Below are positions 61,904 to 64,000 of a DNA stretch of 64,000 nucleotides, one piece after another. The position numbers and the translations under genes are program-made. Where the stretch lies: assembly GCF_030684315.1 (NCBI RefSeq), contig NC_081392.1, positions 9,159,113-9,223,112 of the forward strand. The letters are read 5' to 3'. This DNA comes from Stegostoma tigrinum (lineage: Eukaryota). Position 1 is the stretch's first letter. Every line of letters starts with the position of its first letter. Below the pieces are notes generated by a model. The model was not told the origin of the DNA. It did not search any database and saw nothing but the letters and a program-made list of their open reading frames with translations.

Positions 61904-62576
61904 GGTGTGGTAGTCCCTCAGATTGGCAGTGATTCCATTGCAAGACCCTGTGACAATGGGAGGCTGTTGCATTGCAGCAGGGACTCAGTCGTGGCTGACG
62001 GGGAAACACACCAGCTCTTAGTCCCACCTACAAACAGATCTACTGATTGTGATACACCTTCTACCCTCAAACCAGAGGAGAGACTTGAAGCCCCTTACAA
62101 GACCCCCTCCTCAGAAAGGATTTGTTCTGAGAAAAGGGATGCCAATGCTAACTAGTTGCATTGCGACATTCTCCATCGTATCATCTCACACCTCAAAAAG
62201 TTTTCTTCCCCATTAGTCCCACAGTTGATCAGCAGTCCACAAACCCGATACACCTTTCCTTACTAATGGCAAACCACCAACTTCGTTGTGTGGCTGTTCC
62301 TCAGCTGACAAGCAACCCCTTCACCCTTGGCCCCTTCCAATCCAAACTCCACGTCTAATAACCAAAAGTGCTCAAATGAAGTTTTAAAAAAATGACTTCG
62401 CTACCACTCTCCGTTTGCCAGGAGATCCTGATGGACTCCAGGTCAATTCTGCAGCGTTGGAAATCCTCTGGAAGGCTATGTTGGTTATTATCAAACGGAC
62501 TCTCATTATTACTTTCAGTTGCTTATGGGGCTCTTGCTTCTGTGAAATAACATGTCCTGTTTATACACCCTCACAG

Positions 62577-62683
62577 ATGCTGCTATTTACATGATCAATG
62601 TTACGGTCAAGCCATTATCATGGGCTGCTCCATTTGGACTACACTCTATATTTCACGCTGCTATGATGCTGTGCCCACATGCG
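62577..62683 (+). CDS. Secreted phospholipase A2 exon 3 (catalytic His-Asp); final exon lies beyond the window
   Basis: CCYLHDQCYGQAIIMGCSIWTTLYISRCYDAVPTC; cacag/gtaagt, 107 bp. Confidence 0.93.
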
Positions 62684-64000
62684 GTAAGTAGAACAACGAA
62701 CCCAACCAGATTTGCTCTGAGGAAGATCCCCCGCCTCCCTGTCCCCTCGCTTCCCCTCCACACAAGAGTGTCCACCAGCAATGCTGAGTTTGCATAAATG
62801 ATAGGCTGACCCTAGCTCTTGGAGAGAAGGACCTGGTGAAGAGGAAACAGAAAAAAGGCAAAAATAGGCCATTTTCTGGCTGGTGGAGATGTTACAAACA
62901 TATGCCACAGGAATTAGTTCTGCAACATTGAGCTATATATGTAATTTGCATGAGGGGACTGAAAGTGTGGCCGCAAAATTGCAAAAAGATGTTGACTCTC
63001 ACTGGGATACAGTTCCTGAAGGGGCTGACTCTCACTGCGGGAAAACACACTATGATAAAGTTAAATCTAATACAAAGGTTATATTAAAACCACACCAGTG
63101 CAATGGCACAGCTATGGTTATGATTTATTGATAAGGGTGAATAAATTGTGAAGATCCCAACTCTGCCTTCTTCAATCTTAAAAATTTAGAAAGGAGCCGA
63201 ACAGGCTTTTGGTCTATAGCGGTCACTGCAGACAGAGTCCAGTCTTTACTTTGTTCACAATCCCACGATGCAGCACTTTGTCAAGTAAAGCTGAGGATAG
63301 TCTCATGATATGAAAGTATTAACTTCTACATTAGTTAGAATTAAGCAGAATAACAACACTAGATTAATTGATAAATATGTTGATCTTATCAAAACTTTAT
63401 CAATCATGAAACTTTAATTTCCTGACTAATCCTACATCTGGCCTTGCCAGTGATGACTACATCCCTCAAATAAATGATGAACAGGTGATTATACAATTTC
63501 TTCACCTGAAGCCTTTACCTGAATCTGCCTGCGCCATACTTTCAGACAGCATATTCCAAATCCTCACCGCACATTGTGTGAAAAAAACTTCACTCTGTCT
63601 CCTTTACTTCTTTTGCTGGTCACCATCCTCTCTGGATGTCTCATCGGCTGTCCGTACAATCAGTATTTAAGTCTATTTTGCCTCAATGTTTTGTGATTTT
63701 GAACTAGTCAATCAAATCTGAATGTTCTCAGATGAGAACAGTTCCAGCTTTTCCTGTCTCTTCAGAGAGCTGTAGTCTTTCATCCCTGGAAACACTTTCA
63801 TAAATCTTTTGTGCACCCTCTCTGTCACCTTTACTTTTGAAACATTATTGAACGGAATGAGCATCGTTGGCAGGGCTGGTGACGCTACCATTCGTTACCT
63901 TCACCCTCCTGAAGTGCGGTGTCTGGATCTGGGCACGATTAGAATTGGGTATTCCACTTGGGATGTTCTTCGGAGGGTCGGTGTGCACTTAATGGGCTGA

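Overview
Vertebrate genomic DNA, most likely from a shark. This is inferred from HE1-type V-SINEs, abundant CR1 LINEs and Penelope-like elements. Five spliced genes can be reconstructed by hand. SNRPA/U1A lies on the - strand (6 coding exons, 278 aa) head-to-head with ACTMAP/C19orf54 on the + strand (6 coding exons, 325 aa, one U12-type intron). YIF1B (-, 8 exons) converges on ACTMAP, GEMIN7 (-) has a single coding exon, and the first three exons of a secreted phospholipase A2 (+) run off the right edge. The most striking non-genic signal is a set of short Penelope-derived retroelements carrying a minimal hammerhead-ribozyme motif. They repeatedly occur as head-to-head palindromes flanked by single 12-17 bp target-site duplications. 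Also notable are the U1A autoregulatory PIE element with one degenerate U1A box plus a perfect U1 site in the SNRPA 3'UTR, an atypical group-I-like PLA2 whose propeptide ends in IEGR, and a tRNA-Phe pseudogene split by a SINE. Exon boundaries were read from splice sites; repeat boundaries are approximate and family names come from recalled consensus features, not database searches.
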